From Blepharisma stoltei ATCC 30299 (taxonomy: Eukaryota; Protista; Ciliophora): DNA of 64,000 nucleotides. A program made the position numbers and the translations under genes. Location of the stretch: positions 124,001-188,000 of the forward strand of contig CBFDEM010000004.1 in assembly GCA_965603825.1 (NCBI GenBank), read 5' to 3'. The notes under the pieces were generated by a model that was not told where the DNA came from, did not search any database, and worked only from the letters and a program-made list of their open reading frames with translations. Positions 28,757 through 38,583 of this stretch are shown one piece after another. The first letter of the stretch is position 1; every line of letters starts with the position of its first letter.

Positions 28757-29314
28757 TATGGAATAAATAACACCAAATCTTTTTTTATTAATGATAACTT
28801 CAAAACGAAATAGATTTATTTGGATTTTTATTAAAGTAGAATATAGTTTAGATTTTTTTAATTGGATTAGTTTCATAGCATAACAATTACAAATACAAAA
28901 TAATAAAGAATTTATCTAATTAAGCATTGTTTACATCTAAATATTTTTAGTGCCCAGTGTTACTACAATTAAATCTCTTACCTATCTCTTTTGCTACTCA
29001 GAATGAGGTTTTCACCTCTGATATATTTAAGTTCTTGATGAAAGTATGCGGATAGAGCTAATGAAATATATATCACATAATTTTCCCCTTTTAACATTAG
29101 TTCACAATATTAGAAGAATTTTACATTGTGTGTAATTCAGCTAAGATTCTGATTTTGAATTAAATAATATAGAGTAGGGGTTAAAACTATTAAGGAGAAG
29201 CTTGCTCTTTTGTTATATAGATATTTTTCTCCATAATCTATTTATAATAGAAAAATGAACTCTAAAATAGCACAAAAATAATTGATAGAAATTTTAATTC
29301 CCATTTTTGTACTT

Positions 29315-29870
29315 TATTGCCTTAGGACATATATGAATATTTACTTAAAAAAACTGCCACTTTAGTCAGGCCAAAAATTCGCGGAAATTACTGGGGCTTC
29401 TCACTTCAAGGCTAGCTCAACTCTCTGCATGTTTGGGTAGAAATATGGTCACCCACCACTGGGGCAGGTTGCTTTCAACCAAATTTTATATATATTTCTT
29501 TTGATAGCATAGTTTGCATAATAAGGTTGATTTTCTTAAATATTTCTTCTTTTTAAAACAAACTAAATTTGTATATTATTTAAAATCAATTACCTTTTCT
29601 AGCAATGCAAGCTTATTTATAAAAATTTTGGAGAATTTTCTATTAATCGCAGAGTATTAATTTGAATTATTCTATAGAAGCTAACCATAATATTAGAAAA
29701 TTAAGAATGCTCAGTCAGTTTCTTCATATAAAGAGGGACTTCATTTTTACCGGGATGGTATCTACACCCTGGTGCTGCTGACCTAGCTTCCGAGGATCCA
29801 TTGCATTTGAAAAGTCTGGGTTAGTTTTGCCAATGTAATGGCTTTTACCAGGTCCTTAACAATTTTTACT
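29315..29870 (-). mobile_element. Degenerate non-LTR reverse-transcriptase N-terminal fragment (domains 0-1), interrupted by ~200 bp
   Basis: The minus strand gives, in canonical order across frameshifts, DLVKAITLAKL..SAAPG/VDTIPVKMK..WLSILN and then ESNLPQWWVTIFLPK..SPSNFR/..GLTKVA..KIFIYVL. These match the consensus PIT-E..KAPGxDGIP..L-FN and P..W..hhPK..NYRPI-L..K-hF. Confidence 0.6.
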
Positions 29871-30278
29871 ATAATTGAAGGTAAATATATTTTATTACAG
29901 GCTAAGCCAGGTTTTTCTTACTAATCGAAGTAAATACATGAAATAATAATGTCTGCCCATGCTTTTAAAAATATAAATCCTTTATACAAGCCTCAAAGGA
30001 ATTTAATTAAAGCATTTTATTGATACATAATTTTTCAATTTGAATTAGCTCCATTTAGCTTGAAAACCCCCCAATATATATTTTGTGCTTAGTACTCTAG
30101 TGTTAGCCTAACATAAGAGCCTCAGTGAGCTTATTTGATTGCAAAAAATAAATGGAAATTCCAATTTTTTTAAAGTTTGTATCTTGCTATCTTAATTTTA
30201 ATGCTCATTTGAGTGTACTTATATTTTATTATGAATTGTAAAACAAATAAATTCTTAATCAAATTTAGTATTAAATAC

Positions 30279-31679
30279 TTATCTAAGCTTAGAAAACTCT
30301 GTTTTCAAATCAGCTTTAGTTCTCCCTTTAGTCTCAACCAAGTCAAACCACAAATAAGGAACACTTAGTAAGCAAATTCCTGCATAAAAGAAAAACGTAT
30401 AAGTCATCGAAAATGCATTAACCATAATTGGGAATAAGAAGACAACAGCTGTAGCCGAAGCCCAGTTCATTCCAAGGCAAATGCTCATAGCTTTAGGTGC
30501 TAAAATTTCTCCACACACAATCCAGCACAGTGGTCCAGCAGAAGTTTCAAAGAAAACAATATAAATTAATATAAAAGCCAGTGGAGGACCTACTGTTGCA
30601 TCAACAGGTCCTGAAAAAATCCCATCAAAAATCAAGCATGCAGCCATTCCTAAGCTTCCAATCCAAAGCATAGGCTTTCTTCCGTATTTATTGACAGCTG
30701 GGAACAAAATCAACGTGGCACCCATATTAACAAGCCCAATTAGTACCGTAAAGCATCTCGCTACAAACTCGCTGCCGAATTCGCTAAAAATGCTTGTAGA
30801 GTACCCTAAAATTGCATTAATTCCGCACCACTGCTGTATAAAATTCAGCATAATCCCTATTCTGAAGCTTTTAGAATGCCCTTTTCTGCAGCATAATAAA
30901 TCAGCATAGCTGCTTTCGCCTGCTTCTTCTTTTGATTTTTGTATGCTTTTTTCTAGTCTTGCCAGTGCAGATGCTGCGCTTTCGTCGTCATAGTATTGCC
31001 TTAGGCTTCTTTCTGCTTCTTCTCTTCTGTTTTGTTCTAAAAGCCAAACAGGAGTGTCATACTTAAACTTCATCAGCATTAAAAAGAGCTGGAATAAGGC
31101 AAAAACTGATTGTAAAGAAAACATGAACATTCACCAGTAATTTAAGTCATTACTTTTATAGCCTCCTGTTGGCAATGGCAATGCTAAAGCATACATAAAG
31201 ACAATCCCAAGGGTAATGTTAAACTGTATCAAAGACCCAATTTTTCCACTAATGGAAACTGGGGCGAATTCAAAGATAAATAAAGGAGAGAGCACACAAA
31301 AGCCTCCTGCAATAAACCCAGATAGAAATCTGCCTATAGCAAAAGTTGGGGTGAATGGAATCAAAAAGAAGGCTGAAGCAATTATTGTAATTATATCCAA
31401 AATCAATATAGCTTGGCGACGGCCTTTTTTAGTTGCCAATGGACCTGCACTGAGAGCTCCAAAGGTAGCGCCGAAATGCATCATAGCATTCATTGTTGGA
31501 ATAAAGTAATCTTTGTTGCTACCCCAATCCAGGGTTGCAGAAATGTTATCCGGTGCTGAATTATAAACTCCGAGATTCATGCCTGAAATGAAAGAGCCCA
31601 TCGCGACTGTTATCCCGATTTTTCAGACAGTCTTGTTGTCAAATTTTTCTTGATCTGCTTCTAACAGAGGAGAAGACAT
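30279..31679 (-). CDS. MFS sugar-porter (hexose transporter-like), copy 1, 466 aa
   Basis: Track ORFs 31131-31601 and 30279-31130 fuse at TGA=Trp; ATG at 31679. Sugar-porter motifs KKGRR, GRFLSG, QQWCGINAI, KYGRKP, GPLCW..GE and VETKG. No intron. Confidence 0.95.
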
Positions 31680-31901
31680 TAATTATAACAGGTGAACAAA
31701 TTTATCCTTTGAAGTGTGAATAAAAGGGTGGCTAACGAAAAGTTGTGGATTTAGAAATTAAAGATATTTTGTAGGAAATTTATGATAATGAGGTTTAAGA
31801 TATAGCAAAGTTTAAGAAAAAGAGTTAAGAAAAAATTGTGGATGATAAAGAAAAATATAATAGAAATAGAAGCTTATAAATAGTAAAAATTAGTTATTGT
31901 T

Positions 31902-32351
31902 TTAAAGATTATTGAAAAGCCTGCTTTTAGGCAGTAGAAGACCATTATTTTTTTCCCATAATGCTCCATGGCTCTTTTGTCAGTGCGTATACTGCTTTGC
32001 AGTATTTTTCTTTCCAATGAGACCTGTGCTCGCTGCCTTGAAGTTAAAATAAATTTCCTTTTGTGGAAAGTATAAACAGTTAATTGTTTTGGCCACCTGT
32101 CAGGCAAAAATGGAAGCTTGAGGCTTAGAACATAAAGACATATTGCACTGCTCTGAGCCCATTGGGAAATCCTTCCAACTTCGTCACCCATTTTCCCATG
32201 AATAAAGCCTTTATAGAATTCAGCTCGCCGCTCCATCTGCTCCAATAAAACCTATCTTATACACAATCAGCTTTCTCGTTCTTTCTCAAGGTCTTCTGTC
32301 TCGTTAATTCTCCAGCTGCAAGATTTAGAGGTCTGGTCGATTCGCAGTCAT
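31902..32351 (-). mobile_element. Degenerate APE-type endonuclease fragment of a non-LTR retrotransposon
   Basis: The frame from 32351 (different from the track ORF) reads NRPDL*ILQLE..YKIG..GAASWIL..TINCLYFP..GLIGKKNTA..HW..NNGLLL. This parallels APE motifs PD-hh-LQE, GV-IL, hxNhYxP, hGDFNA..W and NG..L. GC-richer than the flanks. Confidence 0.5.
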
Positions 32352-32699
32352 TTTAATGCATAGTAAAAATTAGTAATAATTTCAAAAAATACATTGATTA
32401 AGTCATGGAGGATTTTACGATTAAAACTATCCTACATTTTATTATTATCGCAAATAAATAAGAAATGCTTAAGCTTATATTATGAAGTCCTAATTTCATT
32501 TCATGTTTTTACTATTCAAATTAATATCTTATGCTTCCTAAAATAGTTATAAATATAAAAACAAACGTTTGAGCTCTTGATAATTGATCAAGCAATATTT
32601 TATTCTAAATTTATAATTTATATTCCAAGATATGATCTCTAAAATTCCATTTTTTTAATTATACCTAAATGTGTAGTATTTAATTCAAGTATGGCATAG

Positions 32700-33300
32700 A
32701 TTAGGCAATTGAAAAGCTATATTTAATTGCAATTAATTGCCCTAGTTTATAAAAATACAAAGAACTCCTTATTGTAAAAATACAATTTTAGCATGTTTGA
32801 GATGACTATATTTTAGTTGCTTTTTGATTTTATCCATAATAATTAGCAAAATAAAATAATTTATGCGTATTTTAACTCTTAAGTTTATTAAGCGCAGTTC
32901 TTAAGGCTGATTTTAATATTTTTTTATTTAAATAGGCAGGCATTGTAAGTAAAAGCATTCAATCAGAAATAAAACGCTTAAATTTCCTTTAATTTTGAAA
33001 AAATTTACTTATCAGAAATAATGATTGTCTTCAGCTAGCACTTAATTTATAATTTTTATTCTTAATAGAGTAATTAGGCAAGTGATGGCAAGCCAATAAG
33101 AAAATAATTATTATTTATAATTGACGCTTTATTGGTAATAAATAAAATTGAATAACACTATTGCTGTTTTAAGACTTGATATATCAACTTTATGCAAGTT
33201 CAATAAATTTGTAAATTAATTCACTTATGTTGGCGACGTAAATGGAGCAATTGCTAAATATAAAAAAATATAAAAATGAATGCTTATGAAACAATGGACC
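32700..33300 (+). repeat. Non-coding block U, copy 1 (upstream of glucokinase)
   Basis: Shares ordered motifs TTAAGGCTGATT (~32901) and GTTGGCGA..TAAATGGA..AATTG (~33229) with the blocks at 34.6-35.4 kb and 37.8-38.6 kb. Confidence 0.7.
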
Positions 33301-33473
33301 TTTCGCTCAAAAAATTTGGTTTTTTATTGGACTGCCCTTTAAACTTATTTATAAGCTTTGTCTCAAATTTTAAAATTAATATTAGCTATTCAAAAAAAAT
33401 TTTTAAAACTGTTTGTGCACCTTATTTAAAAATTCTTGTCATTTTTGGCTACATTAAATAGCCATTAAATTAA

Positions 33474-34532
33474 ATGTCGATTGTTTTGGTAGCTGATATT
33501 GGAGGAACTAACTCTCGCTTTGAGTTGCTCTCCTTCGAAAATGGAGAATGTACAGTTGTGAAACCCTTAGAAAATCTAAATTCTCACAGCTTTGAGGAGT
33601 TTATTCCAGTAATTAAAACTTTTCTTGCTGGCCAACCAACTCCAAGCATTGGAGTCTTCGCAATTGCAGGGCCTGTTAAGGGCAACAGTGTTACGTTTGT
33701 CAATACTGGCTGGCCTCCATGTACAACAGACGCAGTGACTAATGAAGTGGGTATTGAAAAAGTTGTGTTTCTCAACGATTTCCAAGCAGCTGGCTATGGA
33801 GTCTTGGATTTGAAGCCAGAAAAAATGATTCAGTTAAATCCAGGTGTAAGGCCGATTGAACATTCTCCAGTTGTAGTCACTGGGCCTGGCACTGGCCTTG
33901 GGTTTTGCTTTTTAACTTGGAATGGACGACATTATGACGCATGGGGGACTGAAGGAGGACACTATGATTTTGGTCCTAAAAATGAGCTTCAGTGGAAATT
34001 CTCTATGTACATGCTTGAAAGAGTAAGAGGAGCATGCCAACAAGGCGAAGAGTACCCACAATTTGAAGGAATTCAAGCAGCTAATCAAGAATTGGTGCTT
34101 GCAGGAGTGGGAGCTTATAATCTTTACCCATTTATGAGGAGAGAATTCCCTGAATTGCTCAATGAAGAATTTGACAGGCTATTTGAAAGCAGCCCAGGAG
34201 AAAGAATGAAGCTAATTATGGAATATGGATTTTCAGGAAGAGACCAGCTATGCCAAAAAGCTGTAGAATTGTGGCTACAAATGCTTGGATATGAATGCGG
34301 AAATTCAATCGCAAAAACTTTGCCATATGGCGGATTTTATTTGATTGGAGGTTTGGTTACTAGAAATGCAGAAAATATAGCCAAAAGCCAAATTTTTAAA
34401 GATGCATTGTTTGCTAAGCCTCCTCATATCAGAGCAGCTATTAACAGCTGTCCTTTTTTTATTGTGAGCCATGAAGACTGTGGGATGATTGGAGCCAAGA
34501 AATATATCAAGAATTATCTTAACATCGCTTAA
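33474..34532 (+). CDS. glk: Glucokinase, bacterial/protist Glk family (not hexokinase type), 352 aa
   Basis: Motifs LVADIGGTNSRF, FAIAGPV, LNDFQAAGYG, GPGTGLG, TEGGHYDFGP and GGFYLIGG. Confidence 0.93.
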   Translation: MSIVLVADIGGTNSRFELLSFENGECTVVKPLENLNSHSFEEFIPVIKTFLAGQPTPSIGVFAIAGPVKGNSVTFVNTGWPPCTTDAVTNEVGIEKVVFLNDFQAAGYGVLDLKPEKMIQLNPGVRPIEHSPVVVTGPGTGLGFCFLTWNGRHYDAWGTEGGHYDFGPKNELQWKFSMYMLERVRGACQQGEEYPQFEGIQAANQELVLAGVGAYNLYPFMRREFPELLNEEFDRLFESSPGERMKLIMEYGFSGRDQLCQKAVELWLQMLGYECGNSIAKTLPYGGFYLIGGLVTRNAENIAKSQIFKDALFAKPPHIRAAINSCPFFIVSHEDCGMIGAKKYIKNYLNIA

Positions 34533-34629
34533 TAAGGCTAAGAGATTTTTTAAAATAGTCAAATATTTTATATTAAATTTATGAATTTTTCTTCAAAATT
34601 ATATATTTTAATTTATGGCTATGAAAGTA

Positions 34630-35420
34630 ATAGGATTAATCTTAAGTATGCCTAGGCTCATCACATGAAAATATATTTTATTTATTTGGTTAAATAAATA
34701 CAAATATTAGCCTAATTGAGATAAAAATTTATTATTATACTCCCATCGCCTTTTCCCTACATTTACAAATTTTTGCTTCCTTTTCAGTGAAAGGTTTGGT
34801 TTCGAGCATCATAAATTAATTTAATCTTTAAGTTCTGATATTTGAGCGAAACTACTATTACTTATGCTGGTTTTTATGTTCTATCCCATATAAGCAGTCT
34901 AAAAAAATGGTATTTATTCATTTTTTAACTTTTTACGCTTATTGAAGCACAACTCTTAAGGCTGATTCTTAATATTGCTATTAAAATACCCATCACTGCA
35001 AGTAAAGAATATTCACTTAGCAGCAGAATCCTTAAGAAAAAATACCAATCAATTAAGAAAATAAATAAAATATATAAGAAGACTTCGTTAATGATGATAT
35101 AAAATTACAAGAATATTTATTCTAATCATAACCTCTGTTTTAAAATTATTTAATAATTTTTCTTTACACAAATAAAATATATTTGGAATTTACTCTCTTT
35201 AGTTGGCGAGATAAATGGAATAATTGTTGAAGGACAAAATATGACAAGAGACTGTCAGCATTTAGCCTGAAAAGTAAGCCTTTTTGCCCTAGAATTTAAA
35301 TTTTTGCTGAAAATTTATACTCTTACCTAAAAATCAAATTTATCTTTGATTTTTTCCAAGTTATTTAGTCGTGAAAATCAGGCTTAAAAAAATTACTTTT
35401 TAATCGACTTAAAAGTAGAT
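34630..35420 (+). repeat. Non-coding block U, copy 2 (downstream of transporter 2)
   Basis: Same ordered motifs (CACATGAAA, TTAAGGCTGATT ~34956, GTTGGCGAGATAAATGGAATAATTG ~35202). The distal part is nearly identical to 38360-38580. Confidence 0.75.
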
Positions 35421-35423
35421 TAT

Positions 35424-36824
35424 TTATCTGAGCTTTGAAAACATCATTTTCAAGTCAGCTTTAGTTTTTCCTTTCGTCTCAATTAAGTCAAGCCACAAAT
35501 AAGGAATACTTAAAATGCAAATTCCTGCATAAAATAAAAACGTATAAGTCATCGTAAATGCATCAGCCATAATAGGGAACAAGAAGACCACAGCTGTAGC
35601 CGAAGCCCAGTTTGTTCCAATGCAAATACTCATAGCTTTAGGCGAACAAATTTCTCCACAAACAATCCAAATTAGTGGCCCAACTGATATTTCGAAGAAA
35701 ACAATATAAAGCAATATAAAAACAAGCGGAGGGCCTGAAGAACCATCGACAGGACCTGAAAAAATCCCAACCAAAACTAAGCACACAGCCATTCCCAAGC
35801 ATCCCACCCAAAGCATAGACTTTCTCCCAAATTTATTAACAGCTGGGAACAATATCAAAGTAGCGGCCATATTAACAAGTCCAACTACAACAGTAAAAAC
35901 TCTTGCAATAAACTTGTTTCCGAACTCGCTAAAAATAGTAGTAGAGTACCCGATAATTGCGTTAATTCCGCTTCATTGTTGTATTAAATTCAGCATGACT
36001 CCAATTCTTATAATCTTAGAATGCCCTTTTCTGCAGCACAGCAAGTCAGCATAGCTGCTTTCTCCGGCTTCTTGTTTAGCTTTTGCTATATTTTGCTCTA
36101 ATTTTGAAAGAGCTATTAAAGCATTGTCATCATCATAGAACTGGGTTAAGCTTTCCTCAGCTTCTTTTCTTCTATTTTGCTCTAGAAGCCAAACAGGAGT
36201 ATCATACTTAAACTTCGTAAGGATTAAAAAAAGTTGGAGTATCGCAAATACTGATGATAAAGCGAACATAAACATCCACCAGTAATTCATGTTGTCGTTA
36301 TCATAATCCCCTGTTGGTAGTGGCAAAGCTAAGGCATACATAAAGACAATACCGAGCGTTATGTTAAATTGTATCAAGGACCCAATTTTTCCGCTAATAG
36401 CAATAGGGGCATATTCGAAAATATATAATGGGGAGATTACACAAAAGCCTCCTGCAACAAACCCAGACAAAAATCTGGCAATGGCAAATGTTGGGGTAAA
36501 TGGAATCAGGAATAAGGCTGACGATATTAGTGTAATTGTATCTAAAACCAATATGGCTTGACGTCGGCCTTTTTTAGTTGCAATTGGACCTGCTCCAAGA
36601 GACCCAAAAATAGCGCCGAAATGCATCATAGCATTCATTGTTGGGACCAGGATGTCTTTATTGTCACCCCAATTCAAGGTCGCCGCAACATTATCCGGGG
36701 CTGAATTGTAGACGCCAAGGCTCATGCCTGCAATAAAAGGCCCGATAGCGACTGCCAAACCGATTTTTCAGACAGCCTTACTATCAAACTTTTCTTGGTC
36801 AGCTTCAACTTTTTCGAAAGACAT
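35424..36824 (-). CDS. MFS sugar-porter (hexose transporter-like), copy 2, 466 aa
   Basis: ATG 36824 to TAA 35424. The TGA at 35973-35975 aligns with TGG in QQWSGIN of the copy at 39.1 kb. Confidence 0.95.
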
Positions 36825-36834
36825 TAATTATATA

Positions 36835-37470
36835 GTGGTGGAAATTAATTTAATACTTAAGTGGCTGATAAGCTATAAAAGAAAATTTGTGGACAAATAA
36901 ATTTTTTGAAATTTATATGAGTGCACTTCATCCATTTTTTTATTTGGTCTAAAAATTATCATTGGTGTCGTTTAAAAAAATTCAGAATTTTATAAAATGA
37001 TATAAAAATTTTTATAAGTGAAATTCAATGGGAAAGTGTAAATATAAAAATTTGGGTTATAACAAAAATTATAATTGATTAAGAGCCAATAAAATGCAAA
37101 ATATGAGATTTAAAATGGGTATATTGATTAATGAAGCAAAAATTTAAAATTCTAACAATATTGCATCTATTTATTGCTCTAAATATTTGAGATAACTACA
37201 TAGAAGCTATGCTATGTGGTGGAAATTAATTTAATGATGCCAATTTAAGTAAAGGCTATAAAAGAGTGTTTGCTAATCGATAATAGTAAATGAGGAGAAT
37301 TTTTTTAGTTAAATGAACAACATTTTTTATTTGGTTAAAAATGATGACAAAAATGTCGCTAAAAATAATCAGTAGTTTTTGAAATAATTTTTTCTTAATA
37401 ATTTTTAAGTAAAAGGGATTAAAAGAGCGGACTTGCAGGGTTTGACTAGCATGTAAAATATAAAATCTTA
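36835..37470. repeat. Tandemly duplicated upstream region of transporter 2, with a homolog at 40914-41265
   Basis: TGGTGGAAATTAA at ~36836, ~37217 and 40914. CATTTTTT(T)ATTTGG..AAAA..TGTCG recurs at ~36933, ~37321 and ~41025. AGAAGCTATGCTAT at ~37202 and ~41249. Confidence 0.7.
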
Positions 37471-37829
37471 AGATTGAAAAGTTATTTATAAATTTCCTTA
37501 ATAATTATTCATAATATTAGGGCTAAGTTTATACAAAATTTTTATTAAGAAATGGATCTCAAATTAGGCAAACAATTTAAATAATTTATTTGTACTTGAC
37601 TAGACAAATAATCCAAAGCGTTATTTTAAACAATTTTAATTTGAATTGTTATTTTTATAAAGAGTCTGTGGATTTGGTATTATATTTATTTACTATTTAA
37701 ATTTAAAGCCCTATAAGCTATAAAATTAGTTCTTTAATATTAAATATTTTATATTGAACTTATGAGTTATTCTCACGAATTCCATATTTCCATTTATTCC
37801 TACAAGTTTAGCTGGACTAATCAAATTTT

Positions 37830-38580
37830 TTATATAAGCCTACCACATGAAAAGCTAAGTTTTATATCATTGTGCTTTAGTTAAAATACAAATGATTATC
37901 CCTAGTTTGGTGAAAATATATAAAAAACTTCTTATTATATTTATCGCTAATATTTCCTTTTGAAAGCAAAAGGTTATTTTGAGTAGCAGAAATTAATTTA
38001 TCTTTTATATCTGGCATTCTAAGTAGTGCCACTATTTCTTAGCCTGCTTTTTTATCTTTTATCCTCAAAAGGCATTTATGTGTTTTTAACTTCCTTAATT
38101 TTATTAAAGCATTGCTATTAAGGCTGATTCTATATATTTGTTATTAAAATAGTTATCACTACAATTAAGGATCATTTCATTAGTAACAAAATGCTTAAGC
38201 AAAAAATATCGAGTCAAACTAAGCAAATAAATTAAATTTATAGGTTGAGCCTTTATTGATAATAAAATCAAATCATCTCAATATTTCGACCTCAATTTTA
38301 ATTTGCTTTATATTTTTTGGTTGATCACGAATATAAATAAATTTGTAATTTCTCTCTTGAGTTGGCGAGATAAATGGAATAATTGTTGAAGGACAAAATT
38401 ATGAAAATAGACTGTCAGCATTTAGCCTGAAAAGTAAGCCTTTTTGTCTTAGAATTTAAATTTTTGCTGAAAATTTATACTCTCGCTTAAAAAATCAATT
38501 TATCTTTGATTTTTTCCAAATTATTTAGTAGTGAAAATCAGGCTTAAAAAAATTGCTTTTTAGTAGACTTAAAGATAGAT
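37830..38580 (+). repeat. Non-coding block U, copy 3 (downstream of the transporter 3 pseudogene)
   Basis: CACATGAAA ~37844, TTAAGGCTGATT ~38117, GTTGGCGAGATAAATGGAATAATTG 38361. Confidence 0.75.
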
Positions 38581-38583
38581 TAC

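Noticed and set aside
28757-28876. Longer N-terminus for copy 6 suggested by the ORF track
   Set aside because: Paralog starts align with the ATG at 28756, and the extension resembles AT-rich promoter DNA.
30095-30119. Inverted repeat TGTTAG-C-CTAACA resembling heterotrich telomeric CCCTAACA
   Set aside because: Less than one full unit per arm and no tandem array; not evidence of a telomere or chromosome breakage site.
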